This document shows, piece by piece, positions 1-10,436 of a stretch of 64,000 nt of DNA (positions within the stretch are counted from its first letter, which is position 1; each line of letters opens with the position of its first letter). The stretch is from Candidatus Harrisonbacteria bacterium (lineage in GTDB: Bacteria > Patescibacteriota > Minisyncoccia > UBA6257 > 02-FULL-45-10c), in assembly GCA_016192685.1 (NCBI GenBank), contig JACPTS010000001.1:161710-225709 (forward strand). The letters run 5' to 3'. A program made the translations under genes and the position numbers. Below the pieces are notes generated by a model. It was not told where the DNA came from and did not search any database. It saw only the letters and a list, made by a program, of their open reading frames with translations.

Positions 1-174
1 CAATTTTAATTTACCGATTGTCTGCCGGCTTTTCAGTGAAGTTTTATCCGCCGTCATAATCAAAATTTCTAAAATAAAATCTTTATTTTCATCCATCAAA
101 ATTTTTACCGTTTCTTCCAAAGAAAAGGTTTCGTTAATTACCGGCAAAATTATAGAAACATTTTTAGTATTCAT
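1..174 (-). CDS. GT2 glycosyltransferase (Dpm1/ArnC-like), N-terminal fragment running off the window; the ORF track missed it
   Basis: ATG at 174..172 overlaps the stop of the upstream GT-C ORF (ATGA); the translation MNTKNVSIILPVINETFSLEETVKIL has the GT2 N-terminal motif (IILPxxNE). Confidence 0.5.
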   Translation of the reverse strand, partial: MNTKNVSIILPVINETFSLEETVKILMDENKDFILEILIMTADKTSLKSRQTIGKLKL

Positions 175-1757
175 AGTTCATAAACAGCTAGATTACTTCC
201 GCCATAATTTCCTTCCGTCGGGAAACCGCTTACATCCAACTTTTTCAAACGCTCTATCGGATTATCAATCCCCAAAAAAGATTTATAGCGGTAAGTCAAA
301 GCAATTTCATAATCAATAATATAATTGATGTTTGATTTTTGAAAAAATTCCCATAAACGATTCTCTTTCATCGCCTCGTACGCCTGCTGATTTACCAACC
401 CATCCGCGTTCAGCACAAAACGGCCGCTGAAATATCCCATAATTCCGCTGTTAAACGACGCCATTCTCGCGTTTTCCGGCAGATGATTCCTTGCCCACAC
501 CGCCAGACGGTACATATCAGCTTGATTCGCCTGCTGGAAAAAAATATCCTTGGCGTAAAATCCGTAAGAAATTAAATAAAAAATCAGAAAAAAAACCGAA
601 ATTCGTTTTTGGTAAAAAGAAAATGGCTCTTCGCTGATCAATAGAACGGCGAATAAAATCGCGACTATCGGAAAAATGGAAAAATACCAGGGTCGGTTAG
701 ACCAACGAATTCCGCCGTGAACTAAAGCCAAAGACAAAAATCCCAAAAAGAAAATTGCAAATATAGTCCAGCCGGCTGATTTTAAAAATCCAAGACCTTT
801 TCTTTTCCATAAATAAATAACCGGACTGGCCAAAAAACCCGCGAACAACAACAGCCAGGCAGCTGATCTTGCCCACGCCTCAATCGCGTAACGCGACATC
901 GGCAAACCGATAGTCTGCAAAGAAAAAGCCAAAGCTCCGCCAAAATTATAAATTGACCAGAGAATAATCCTTGCTAAGCTGCGGCTCTTGTAAAAAAATA
1001 ATCGATGATTAATCAGGGTATAGGCCAAACCACTGGTCGGGAAAAATGAACCAAAATAAATCTTATTGTATAAAAACCACGGTCCGGCCAGCAGCGCCGC
1101 CGGCAAACAAAACCAAGTCAGCTTCTGCCAATCCGATCCTCTTTTCCAAATAATCGCCAAAACCGTAAAAGCGGCAAATAATCCGTAATCCAAACGGGCC
1201 AAAATCAAAAGTCCGGAAATTATACCCGCCAAAATAAAATTTTTATCGCTGTCTTGGCCGGAAAAAATTTCCAAACAAATTAAAATGAGCCAGCTGAAAA
1301 ATAAAAGTGATAGCGGCGTTTCCAAACCGTTTAAATAAAAAGTTAAATTCCAGGGATTCAAAACATAAGCGCCAAGCAGAATATACTGAACAATCCGATC
1401 TTTTATAAAAAAGTTTATTATTCTCCAAACAATTAATGCGGTAAAAAAATATAAAACCGCCGAAAGCCCCAAAATAACTTTAACTGCCAAAATCTTATCC
1501 GCCGGAATGAAATAATAAATCAACGCCAATAGCCCCATCCAAAGCGGATGATAGCCGTTGGTAAAATGCTCGCCGTCAAAAGTCGGCCCCAATCCCTTTG
1601 CTATATTAGAAGCGATTTTAAAATAATAAAAAGCGTCGTCAATAACAAAATAAGACAATATCTTTTCTATCGGCAAAAAAACCGTAGAAAAATAGGCCGC
1701 GAAAAGCAAGAATAAAAACATCGCGAAGATTTTATTTTCTTTCAAAAGCTGGACCAT
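171..1757 (-). CDS. GT-C fold polytopic membrane glycosyltransferase (PMT/ArnT-like)
   Basis: 528 aa with more than 10 predicted transmembrane helices; the loop motif VIDDAFYYFKIASNIAKGLG...TNGYHPLW is typical of polyprenyl-phosphate-dependent GT-C enzymes. Confidence 0.5.
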   Translation of the reverse strand: MVQLLKENKIFAMFLFLLFAAYFSTVFLPIEKILSYFVIDDAFYYFKIASNIAKGLGPTFDGEHFTNGYHPLWMGLLALIYYFIPADKILAVKVILGLSAVLYFFTALIVWRIINFFIKDRIVQYILLGAYVLNPWNLTFYLNGLETPLSLLFFSWLILICLEIFSGQDSDKNFILAGIISGLLILARLDYGLFAAFTVLAIIWKRGSDWQKLTWFCLPAALLAGPWFLYNKIYFGSFFPTSGLAYTLINHRLFFYKSRSLARIILWSIYNFGGALAFSLQTIGLPMSRYAIEAWARSAAWLLLFAGFLASPVIYLWKRKGLGFLKSAGWTIFAIFFLGFLSLALVHGGIRWSNRPWYFSIFPIVAILFAVLLISEEPFSFYQKRISVFFLIFYLISYGFYAKDIFFQQANQADMYRLAVWARNHLPENARMASFNSGIMGYFSGRFVLNADGLVNQQAYEAMKENRLWEFFQKSNINYIIDYEIALTYRYKSFLGIDNPIERLKKLDVSGFPTEGNYGGSNLAVYEL

Positions 1758-1829
1758 AATACGGACAATAAATTTATTTTACCTCCGAATCGGTTAAAAA
1801 TAAACCCGAAACCCGACATTTCTGTTATA

Positions 1830-3305
1830 TTGTATATCATGAAAGCTTGTTTATTTTTGCACAGAAGATACACCCAAATCGGCCACGCGCTGGCTGTTAA
1901 TCTTAAAAAATTGGGGGTTGCGGAATTTTGCGCCTACGTCAGTTTCCGTCCTCCTTACGATTTTTTGATTTCCCAAAAAGACATCAAATATACCGCCTTG
2001 CTTTTAGACCAAGACTTGCAAAACCAATCCGAAAAAGAAATTTTAGATCCGGAATTTCTTAAAAATCTGGAAAAAAAATACGGGATTCCCAACCTTTGGC
2101 CGTATCTTTACAACGATCGGACAATAATGATGGGAGTTCCGCCGCGAGAATACCAATGGAGCCCCAAACCGCCGTTTTCCCACGAGAAAATGATGAAAGC
2201 CATTCAGGCGCGGGCAAAAGCCATTATTGCGATGCTGGAAAAAGAAAAGCCTAATTTTATTTTTATGGCAGTAGTCAACAATTTGGGGCCGACCCTTCTT
2301 TATCACATCGCCAAAAAAATGGGCATCCGGACTATCTTGTTAAGCCCGACTCGGATTGGCATAAGACAAAATTTAAGCGATGATTATAAAACTTTTACCG
2401 AAACCAATAAAATTTTTGAGGATTATCAAAATGGCATCCGCAAAAATAATCACCGCGAAGAAGCCATAAAATTTCTTGAAACCTTTCGTGCCAATCCCAG
2501 CCCGTATTTTAAAAGATATATTCCCCAATACGGTTATACAAAAATATTCAAATCATTTTTCTGGCTGATTAAAAGCAATCTGAAATATATTTTTAAAAAA
2601 AATAAAGGCTTTGACGATGAAATTCCCTGGCTAACCTTCTGGAATAAGACCCAAATAAAAATGCGGAATCTTTACGGTTTCAGCGATTTTTATTCCGAAC
2701 CAAATTATGAAGAAGATTATGCTTTTTACACTCTGCATGAAGAACCGGAAATGGCCACGCTGCTTTTTGCTCCGCATTATACTGATCAAATACACGTCAT
2801 TAAGCAGATTGCCCGTTCTTTGCCGTTACATTACAAGCTCTATGTAAAAGAACATCCTTATATGGTCGGTTACCGGCCAAGGGCTTACTATAAAGAATTA
2901 TTAAAAATTCCCAATGTCTGCCTTATTAATCCGAACCTAAAAAGTTTTAAACTTACAAGCAACGCCAAAATAGTCTTTGGAATTACCGCTACCGCGAATT
3001 GGGAAGCAATTCTTCTTAAAAAACCGGCTATCAGTTTCGGCGAGGCATTTTACAATAAACTTTCCATGATAAAACGCTGCTCAAGCTATGAAAATCTCCC
3101 CCTTTTAACAAAACAACAGCTTGAAAATTTCCAACACAACGAAGAGGAGCTGATAAACTTTGTTTCCGCTATTCTGGAAGATTCAGTGGAAGCTGATATT
3201 GTTAATCTTTGGGAAGGGCCGATGATAACCAATGAAGAAATGTATGAAAACGAAGGAATCGTCAAACTGGCCGCCTTTTTGGCAAAATATTTAAAAATTT
3301 CCTAA
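1830..3305 (+). CDS. capsule polysaccharide biosynthesis protein (KpsS/KpsC-like, Capsule_synth family)
   Basis: C-terminal KEHPYMVGYRP...SNAKIVFGITATANWEAILLKKPAISFGEAFY matches the KpsS-type HP and G-x-A-x-Y motifs. Confidence 0.45.
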   Translation: MYIMKACLFLHRRYTQIGHALAVNLKKLGVAEFCAYVSFRPPYDFLISQKDIKYTALLLDQDLQNQSEKEILDPEFLKNLEKKYGIPNLWPYLYNDRTIMMGVPPREYQWSPKPPFSHEKMMKAIQARAKAIIAMLEKEKPNFIFMAVVNNLGPTLLYHIAKKMGIRTILLSPTRIGIRQNLSDDYKTFTETNKIFEDYQNGIRKNNHREEAIKFLETFRANPSPYFKRYIPQYGYTKIFKSFFWLIKSNLKYIFKKNKGFDDEIPWLTFWNKTQIKMRNLYGFSDFYSEPNYEEDYAFYTLHEEPEMATLLFAPHYTDQIHVIKQIARSLPLHYKLYVKEHPYMVGYRPRAYYKELLKIPNVCLINPNLKSFKLTSNAKIVFGITATANWEAILLKKPAISFGEAFYNKLSMIKRCSSYENLPLLTKQQLENFQHNEEELINFVSAILEDSVEADIVNLWEGPMITNEEMYENEGIVKLAAFLAKYLKIS

Positions 3306-4023
3306 TTCTATCCAGCGCGATAAATCTTCTGCTTTTAAACACATAAGTGTATTCCTCCCCCTCGCGGCTGCCGAAAAACATTTTAAAATTAGCTACATTA
3401 GCTTTCTGGGGAGTTGAATAATTAATGGAACCTAATCCGACAAATTCATATCCTTTTTCTTTGGCATATTTACAAATCTCAAAAATCAATCTTCTGGTAG
3501 CCGAACCGATAAGCTTATAAAGCTCTTTATTTCTCTCGCCCATTCCCATTCTTTTTGAACACATAGCTCTTACCTGAAGATAAGGAAATAAATCGTAGCA
3601 AGGCACGGAGGCAATCAACTCATCTTTATAATAAGCATTAAAAAGCAAGGTGTTTTGAAAACTGTCTATTTTCCAGGGCTTTCTCCCCTGCGCCCGCTCA
3701 AATTCTTTATAAAGATTATAAGTTTTTTTTAAATCATCGTTGGCAAGCCGGAATTCAAGATTGGAAATCTTGTAAGTCCCCAAAACCTCCTGCCTGGTTC
3801 TTCTCGCGAATCTGTCTAAAATTTCCTCAATTGTCCCGCCTAAATGAATATTGGCCAGTTTTTTACGCACCAAGCCATAACCTTCTTTTTCCAGGCTTAA
3901 ATCATTATAAGAAATTACGGTTATATAATCGTATTTATTCTTATCAAGCAATTCCCTAAGATTTTCTCCTTGATATAAAACCCTCAAAGAATGCAGAAAA
4001 AATTTGTTTTTTTTAAAAATCAT
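3262..4023 (-). CDS. FemAB/GNAT-like acyltransferase
   Basis: 253 aa; acyltransferase-like fold signature; translationally coupled to the upstream fusion gene (4020/4023 overlap). Confidence 0.4.
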   Translation of the reverse strand: MIFKKNKFFLHSLRVLYQGENLRELLDKNKYDYITVISYNDLSLEKEGYGLVRKKLANIHLGGTIEEILDRFARRTRQEVLGTYKISNLEFRLANDDLKKTYNLYKEFERAQGRKPWKIDSFQNTLLFNAYYKDELIASVPCYDLFPYLQVRAMCSKRMGMGERNKELYKLIGSATRRLIFEICKYAKEKGYEFVGLGSINYSTPQKANVANFKMFFGSREGEEYTYVFKSRRFIALDRIRKFLNILPKRRPV

Positions 4024-5870
4024 TTTTGAGCGATATAAATCGGAAATTTATCCAAAAAAGCCAGCGCGAATTCCGGCGCGATTAATAATTTTCTTCCGTT
4101 CCCGATTATTTTAACATCTTTAAAACCCGATCTCAAAAGAGATTTCTTTTCTCCCCAAAGATTATTATAATATTGGGTTACTTTTCCAAAATCATACCTC
4201 TCAATTCTCCAGTGCGGACCGATTTTTAATCTGCCGATATTATTCAAAAATATCCTCCGGCTGGTTTTTGTTCTGGGGATGCAAAGACCGTTGTGGCTGG
4301 AATAAATTAAAACTCCGCCGGGCCTCAAAACTCTCTTCATTTCTTTTATGGCATTTTCCCTTTCTTCCAAAGAAGGCAGATTATCTATTCCATTGAACGA
4401 AAAAAATACGGCATCAAAACTATTGTCTTTAAAATCCAGCTTTCTGGCGTCCATCGCCCTGAAATCAATGCTTGGATAGTCTTTTTGGGCTTGCTCAATT
4501 AAAGGGAGAGAAATATCAACGCCAATAACCCCGCACCCGTTTTTAAAAATATAATAAGTAGTCCTGCCGGCTCCGCATCCGACATCCAATACCCGGGAAC
4601 CGGCCGGCATATATTTTTTAATTACATATTCTTCGCCCGGACGCAAATATTTTTTTGAATATTCCTTAACTGAAAGTTCGGAAGAAAAAGAACGGGTATT
4701 TTCCAGGCCGATTTCAGTTATCTGATTTTTGGAAATTCGTTCAATAAAAGCCAGAATGCTTTCCACTCTTTTTTGCCAGGTATATTTTTTAACATCAATC
4801 AAAGCTTGGGCAACAAGGCCTTCTGAAAAATCGCGGTTTTCAAAAATTTTGATTATAGCCGCGGCCAGATCTGATGGACTGTTCGGAGAAATTAATACGG
4901 AATTATGATTATTAAAAATCTCTTTGAGCGAGGGTAAATTAGTGGTAATAATCGGCCGGCCGGAAGCCATATATTCAAAAACTTTAAGCGGCGACATATA
5001 AAAATTATAATGTTCGTTTTCCGGAAAAGGGGCGATCAAAACATCAAAGGCCCTTAAATATAACGGAATCAAATCGTGTTTTACCATGCCGACAAAAATA
5101 ATTCTGTCTTCTAAATTTCTTGTTTTGGCCTCATTTTTATAAAATTTTATGTCGTCTTCGTGACCTCCCACTAAAACCATAAGAATATCCCGGTGATTTC
5201 TTAAATCAGCAAGAGCCCCAATAGCCGTATCAATGCCTTTTTCCATACCCAAAGTTTTTAACATTCCCGCGTAACCGATGATTTTTTTATCCAATGGCAG
5301 ATTTAATTTCTTTCGGCATTCATCCTTGGTCAAATTAATATTAAATTTTTCCAAATCCACCGCATCAGGCGCAACCAAAATCTTATCAGGAGCTATTCCC
5401 AATTTTACCAATCGCTCTTTTATAAAACTGGTTAAAACAACCAGAGCCTTGGCGCGTCTCATAACCAGCAAATAAAAATTACCGGCGCCCCTGGACAAAG
5501 AATGAACCTCTAAAACAACGCCGCTAAAAAATATCCCGGCGGCCGGCTCTCTGGAATAAAGCAAGTCGTAGTTGGAGAATAAAAGTCTTAATCTGGAAAT
5601 CAATAAAAAACTGTATAGCTGTATAAAAAACGCTATCCGGCTGCCCATAAACCATGGGAAAAGATCCAGACAAAATATTTTTTTTATTAAAAAATTTTTC
5701 TTTATTCCATAATGGTCAAAAGGGTCCTGTTCTTTCTCTATTCTCCTGGGAACCCAAAGCTCAACTTCACAGCCATTTTCCGCGAAAGCCGAGCACATCT
5801 GCATCACTTGAAAACCATGCGCCAAATTGGTGGGCAATCTTGAATTAGAAATATAAATCAGCTTTTTCAT
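4020..5870 (-). CDS. bifunctional GT4 glycosyltransferase (N-terminal) fused to a class I SAM-dependent methyltransferase (C-terminal)
   Basis: GT4 motif EYMASGRPIITTNLPSL; C-terminal VLDVGCGAGRTTYYIF...DNSFDAVFF...LRPGGVLIY (methyltransferase motifs I-III). Confidence 0.7.
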   Translation of the reverse strand: MKKLIYISNSRLPTNLAHGFQVMQMCSAFAENGCEVELWVPRRIEKEQDPFDHYGIKKNFLIKKIFCLDLFPWFMGSRIAFFIQLYSFLLISRLRLLFSNYDLLYSREPAAGIFFSGVVLEVHSLSRGAGNFYLLVMRRAKALVVLTSFIKERLVKLGIAPDKILVAPDAVDLEKFNINLTKDECRKKLNLPLDKKIIGYAGMLKTLGMEKGIDTAIGALADLRNHRDILMVLVGGHEDDIKFYKNEAKTRNLEDRIIFVGMVKHDLIPLYLRAFDVLIAPFPENEHYNFYMSPLKVFEYMASGRPIITTNLPSLKEIFNNHNSVLISPNSPSDLAAAIIKIFENRDFSEGLVAQALIDVKKYTWQKRVESILAFIERISKNQITEIGLENTRSFSSELSVKEYSKKYLRPGEEYVIKKYMPAGSRVLDVGCGAGRTTYYIFKNGCGVIGVDISLPLIEQAQKDYPSIDFRAMDARKLDFKDNSFDAVFFSFNGIDNLPSLEERENAIKEMKRVLRPGGVLIYSSHNGLCIPRTKTSRRIFLNNIGRLKIGPHWRIERYDFGKVTQYYNNLWGEKKSLLRSGFKDVKIIGNGRKLLIAPEFALAFLDKFPIYIAQK

Positions 5871-5903
5871 ATCTATTTAACCATCCTGAAAGATGAGTGG
5901 TTT

Positions 5904-6695
5904 TTATGCCCAATTAAACGGTTCTAAATAAAACCACCGCATCCTCGCAGACTGTCCCGCCGCCAGACTGTCGTGTCTTCCTTCGTCCATACTATTAAAA
6001 ATAAAATATTTTTTAAAAAAAACATTATAAAGTTTAGGCAGAATCATTGGAAAATCCTCAAGCATCCTTTTTCTTTCCCATATTTCAGTGATTTTATGGG
6101 TATTTTTAAAACGGCCTTGAATCATGTCTCCAATTCCATCAAATACGCAACAATCATGTATCTCAACTATTATATGGCAGGTATTGAGTTTTGGAATTAT
6201 AAAATTATCCAAAAGAATTGCTTCCGCTCCCTCTATATCCATGATAATCAAACATTTTTTATTATTCGGTATGCTTTCGGTTAAAGACTTGGCGTCGCAC
6301 AATCCATAAACTTTTATCCTATCAAAGACACCATTGATTCTGGCCATTTTCTCTATGGAATCCCTGCCATTTTTATCCGCCTCAAAAGCAATAATTCCGG
6401 CCTTAGGATTTTTCATAGCCATGCCAACGGCATAATATCCTTCCGCCGCCCCGACATCAATAATAACCTCAAATGATTTTTCAAATGTCTTTCTTATTGT
6501 CGGAGCTATTTCCAATTCATAGGTTCCCAGAAGCTTTGGCAGAAAACGGCTTCCTACGCTCTCATCAACATACTTCATGCCCAAAAAGGGGCCTGAAATT
6601 ACTGTATTATTAATTTTCCGCTTAAAAAAATAGGTAACGTATTTCCGGGTGATAAATCTTTCTAAATACCGATTTAAAATACGAAATAGCTTCAT
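5904..6695 (-). CDS. FkbM-family methyltransferase
   Basis: VIIDVGAAEGYYAVGMA...IIAFEADKNGRDSIEKMARINGV...IIMDIEGAE. Confidence 0.7.
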   Translation of the reverse strand: MKLFRILNRYLERFITRKYVTYFFKRKINNTVISGPFLGMKYVDESVGSRFLPKLLGTYELEIAPTIRKTFEKSFEVIIDVGAAEGYYAVGMAMKNPKAGIIAFEADKNGRDSIEKMARINGVFDRIKVYGLCDAKSLTESIPNNKKCLIIMDIEGAEAILLDNFIIPKLNTCHIIVEIHDCCVFDGIGDMIQGRFKNTHKITEIWERKRMLEDFPMILPKLYNVFFKKYFIFNSMDEGRHDSLAAGQSARMRWFYLEPFNWA

Positions 6696-6702
6696 TAAAA
6701 AA

Positions 6703-8466
6703 TTATTTAATTACTTTGAAAATTAAATTGTTTTCCACGGCGGCCGCTAATTCCAAAAAAGGATAATTCATAAATTCTTTCTCTAAATAGCCGTATTCGC
6801 TATCGTCCCTATCCAATAAAATATAATCAGCGGAATATTGCTTCAAAGATTTTTCAAATCCAAGTTCTCTGTAAAAATCAATTTTTTTTAAAATTCTATC
6901 AACATATTCTTTCGGAACCAATGTGCTCGGCCTGGTCTTAACCTTAAAAAGACCCAAAATCTTGTTGCGAATCACTTCATTTTGGTATCTTTCTATAAAT
7001 TTATTGGTCCAAATATTCATATTTTCTCCCTCAATATATCCGCCATCAATTCCCTTTTTGAAAAAGTTTTGCGCAATCCATCGATTTTCCAATTCATCGT
7101 CAGAAATCAGAAATCGGCCGACATCGGGATTCCAAAAAACATTGTTGGAAGTATAAATAGGAATAAACCAGCCATAATTTTTTCCAAGCGAATAAACAGC
7201 GGAATTTTTCGGGGAATTATCATTAAACCAATCCGCCACGCCGGAAAGCTTTTGCCAATCCTTCAATGCGGAAATATTCGCAGGCATTATAAACCAAGAA
7301 GAGCCGAATTCAATTCCCTTTCTCTCCCGATAAAATAAAAAGCTTAAAAGAAGCAATATTAAAATAACCGCTAAATAACTTTTAGCGTTTAAAATATTGC
7401 TTTTATAATTCTTCCAAATTATTGAAGCGCAAAAAGCGAAAATTAAGAACAAAAACAATACCACAATCGGATAATAATGCGTTGAAAAAGAAAGCGCCTT
7501 GCCAGTCAGAACATTTTGCCAATTCAATGCCGTGCCGCCCAAAACCAAACTATAAACAAAAATATTTTTTTTGTAATCGGCGCCTTTGCCAATAAAATAC
7601 CAAATCACCAAACCAGCGACGATAAGCGAAACATTAAAATAGGCAGCCGGGTAATGATTCAATAAAAATCCAAAGCGGAACCAAATATCAATATAATCAG
7701 GATATGATTCCGCTTTCTTCAAATTCAAAAAATATGGAATAACAAATAACGCGGCGGGAATGATAAAAAGCAAAAAATTCTTAAAGTGATAAACTATTCT
7801 TTTCTCCTTAATAGCTAAAAAAAGCAGGGTTAGGCAATAAACGGCCAGAATAGCCGCCCAACAATAAGGATAAATATATAAAACCGCGCTGGAAACCATA
7901 GCCAAAATAAAATTCAATATTGCCAGCTGCTTCCAAGTTTTTTCTTTATCGCTGATAATTTTCAAAACCAATAACAAACCTAAAAACAAAAAAATAAAGC
8001 TGAATTGCGGATTAATGGGCCTATTAAAATAGAAAATAAATAATAAATAATAAAAAGCGGAAAAAATACTGGCCATAACCCTAGACTCAACCAATTGCAA
8101 TATCAAAAAATAGAGAATTGCCACGCCCATAAAGGGCAATAAAAAATCATTTATCGCCGCCGCGGCCGGAACAGATAAATTAATAAATTTCGCTTCAAAA
8201 GCCAAAATAATTTCTGCCAATGACGGAGTTATGTAGGGTTCGTCTTTATGTTCTTTTAAATAAACATTTCCAAAATTATAATGACCGTCATAAGCCTCCT
8301 TAGTCATGGCTATATAATGAGTCTCGTCATTATTAAACATCGGGAAAATACCCTTAAAATCAGGTCCAATTTTGCTGATAACAGAAATGGTCGGGAAAAC
8401 AATCAATACTCCTATTGTAAAAGCAAATAAAAAAATAAAGCCGTGCTGTTTTAGGAATTGCTTCAT
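6703..8466 (-). CDS. polytopic membrane protein, GT-C-like (possible glycan polymerase/transferase)
   Basis: 587 aa with more than 12 transmembrane helices; DE-containing first loop (FNNDETHYIAMTKEAYDG) similar to the neighbouring GT-C genes. Confidence 0.4.
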   Translation of the reverse strand: MKQFLKQHGFIFLFAFTIGVLIVFPTISVISKIGPDFKGIFPMFNNDETHYIAMTKEAYDGHYNFGNVYLKEHKDEPYITPSLAEIILAFEAKFINLSVPAAAAINDFLLPFMGVAILYFLILQLVESRVMASIFSAFYYLLFIFYFNRPINPQFSFIFLFLGLLLVLKIISDKEKTWKQLAILNFILAMVSSAVLYIYPYCWAAILAVYCLTLLFLAIKEKRIVYHFKNFLLFIIPAALFVIPYFLNLKKAESYPDYIDIWFRFGFLLNHYPAAYFNVSLIVAGLVIWYFIGKGADYKKNIFVYSLVLGGTALNWQNVLTGKALSFSTHYYPIVVLFLFLIFAFCASIIWKNYKSNILNAKSYLAVILILLLLSFLFYRERKGIEFGSSWFIMPANISALKDWQKLSGVADWFNDNSPKNSAVYSLGKNYGWFIPIYTSNNVFWNPDVGRFLISDDELENRWIAQNFFKKGIDGGYIEGENMNIWTNKFIERYQNEVIRNKILGLFKVKTRPSTLVPKEYVDRILKKIDFYRELGFEKSLKQYSADYILLDRDDSEYGYLEKEFMNYPFLELAAAVENNLIFKVIK

Positions 8467-8479
8467 ACAAAAAAATATA

Positions 8480-9214
8480 TCATACGAATATCTTATGCCG
8501 CAACCAAAAATAAAATCCGCTTAGCTTAAAAACAAATTTAAATAATGAAGTATTCGCGTAGATATCCGTGCGATTATTTAAAACCCTTGCGCCTCTCTCG
8601 TTCAAAAAGGAGGTGATTAGCTGATTTCCGGCTCCTTTTGGAAAAACAAAAACATCGGGATAACTATTTTCCTTAAAATTTTCTTTAATAAAATTTTCGG
8701 ATTTTTTATACTCCAAAACAATTTCAGCCTCGGTTAATTCTGAAAAAGATTTATGGGAATAGCCATGATTGGCTATGGCCGCGCCGCTCTTTTCCAAACT
8801 CTTAAGATCCGGAAGGGAGCAAATGCTTCTCTGTTTATCTTTTTCCTTCGTGGCAAAAACAGCCTTTTTCCCCAATAAAGCCGGGTTAATAAAAACAACT
8901 GCCGGAAAATTATATTTTTTCAAAATCGGCATGGCATTTATAAATATATCTTTAAAAGCGTCATCAAAAGTGATAAGAACGTTTCTGCCTTTCAATTTTA
9001 ATAATCCGTTTTTGAAATCTAAAAAATCTTGCAAGCTTATGACTTTCGCCCCGCTTTTATCCAAAAAGGCCATCTGCTTTTCAAAGTTGCCGCTGGATAC
9101 GGAAATCGGCGTTTCTCCGTCAGAGACCGAATGGTAAATTAATACCGCCGGAGACGCAAAAAATAACTTATCTATTTTAATTAATAAAAAATTAAAAATC
9201 GGTAAAAAAATCAT
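8480..9214 (-). CDS. polysaccharide deacetylase (NodB/CE4 family)
   Basis: VLITFDDAFKDIF..., NFPAVVFINPALLG, IANHGYSH. Confidence 0.7.
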   Translation of the reverse strand: MIFLPIFNFLLIKIDKLFFASPAVLIYHSVSDGETPISVSSGNFEKQMAFLDKSGAKVISLQDFLDFKNGLLKLKGRNVLITFDDAFKDIFINAMPILKKYNFPAVVFINPALLGKKAVFATKEKDKQRSICSLPDLKSLEKSGAAIANHGYSHKSFSELTEAEIVLEYKKSENFIKENFKENSYPDVFVFPKGAGNQLITSFLNERGARVLNNRTDIYANTSLFKFVFKLSGFYFWLRHKIFV

Positions 9215-9266
9215 TTTATCAATAAAACAACTGGTTCCGAATTAAGGTTATATATAAGTATAACGC

Positions 9267-10436
9267 ATGAGAATCACTTTTTTAACAACCCAAATCAATC
9301 TTAAAACCGGAGGCGGATCTAACCTTACCCCCCATTTAAAAGCTTCCTCAATGCGAAAACTCGGCTATGAAGTAAGAATGATTACGTTTTTTCCGGAAAA
9401 AAATGCTTTTCTGGAAAAACCGCCTTATTTCGTGATAGAATCGCCGACTAAGTTCAAAAATTGGCTGATGCTCCAATTAAAAATATTTTTCGTTCTTAAA
9501 AAATACGAAAATACTTGCGATGTTTTTGCTTTTGAGGGCGAACATTTTATTTGGGGTGCCGGCCTTTATCGCTTGTTAAACGGCAAAACGCCGATTCTTT
9601 TGCATTTTAACGGCCCAATTTTTTCCATCTACGAAAATGGCACAACCTATAAAGCCGAATATCTTCCCAAAAAATCAATAAAGGCAAAAATATCGTTCTG
9701 GTTAAGAATAATATTTGAAAAAAATATCGGATTACTCTGGGCAAATAATATTGACATTTTTACCGCTGATTCTCCGTTAATTAAAAATTGGCATGAAAAT
9801 TTCGGATTTGATAAAAATAAAATTGTGGTCTTACCGGAATTCGTGGATTTAGAATCGTACTTTAAAAAATCAGCGGCTGAAAGCGCGGCCAAAAAAGATA
9901 AAATAAACCTTATCTATGTCGGAAGACTGGCTCCGGAAAAAGGCGTTGATACTCTTTTAACCGCGATAAAAGAAATGAAAAATAAAACGGATGTTTTAGT
10001 CCGCATAGTCGGCGACGGACGCCAAAAAGAAGAACTGATAAAACTCGCGCGCGAGTATAAAATAGAAAATACTGTTATTTTTTATCCATGGGCTGATAAA
10101 AAAACTCTGGCTGACTTATATCATTGTTCTGATATATTCGTGCATCCGGCGCGATGGGCCGAACCTTTTGGCGTAACTATAGTTGAAGCAATGGCCTCCG
10201 GTCTGCCCGTAATCACGCCGAAAATCAGCGGGTCATCCTGGGCTGCCGGAGAAGGGGGCCTTACGTTTGAAAACGGCGATTCCGAAGATTTAAAAAACAA
10301 AATAGAAAAATTAGTTAATGATGAAAATCTTAGAAAAAAACTGGCTGGGAAAGCGAAAAAACGGGCAGAACAATTTGATTACAGAAATTACATAAAAACA
10401 TTGGAAAATCTGATTAAAAAAATAGCGATAACTTAA
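9267..10436 (+). CDS. GT4 family glycosyltransferase
   Basis: ARWAEPFGVTIVEAMASGLPVITPKISG (E-x7-E motif). Confidence 0.8.
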   Translation: MRITFLTTQINLKTGGGSNLTPHLKASSMRKLGYEVRMITFFPEKNAFLEKPPYFVIESPTKFKNWLMLQLKIFFVLKKYENTCDVFAFEGEHFIWGAGLYRLLNGKTPILLHFNGPIFSIYENGTTYKAEYLPKKSIKAKISFWLRIIFEKNIGLLWANNIDIFTADSPLIKNWHENFGFDKNKIVVLPEFVDLESYFKKSAAESAAKKDKINLIYVGRLAPEKGVDTLLTAIKEMKNKTDVLVRIVGDGRQKEELIKLAREYKIENTVIFYPWADKKTLADLYHCSDIFVHPARWAEPFGVTIVEAMASGLPVITPKISGSSWAAGEGGLTFENGDSEDLKNKIEKLVNDENLRKKLAGKAKKRAEQFDYRNYIKTLENLIKKIAIT

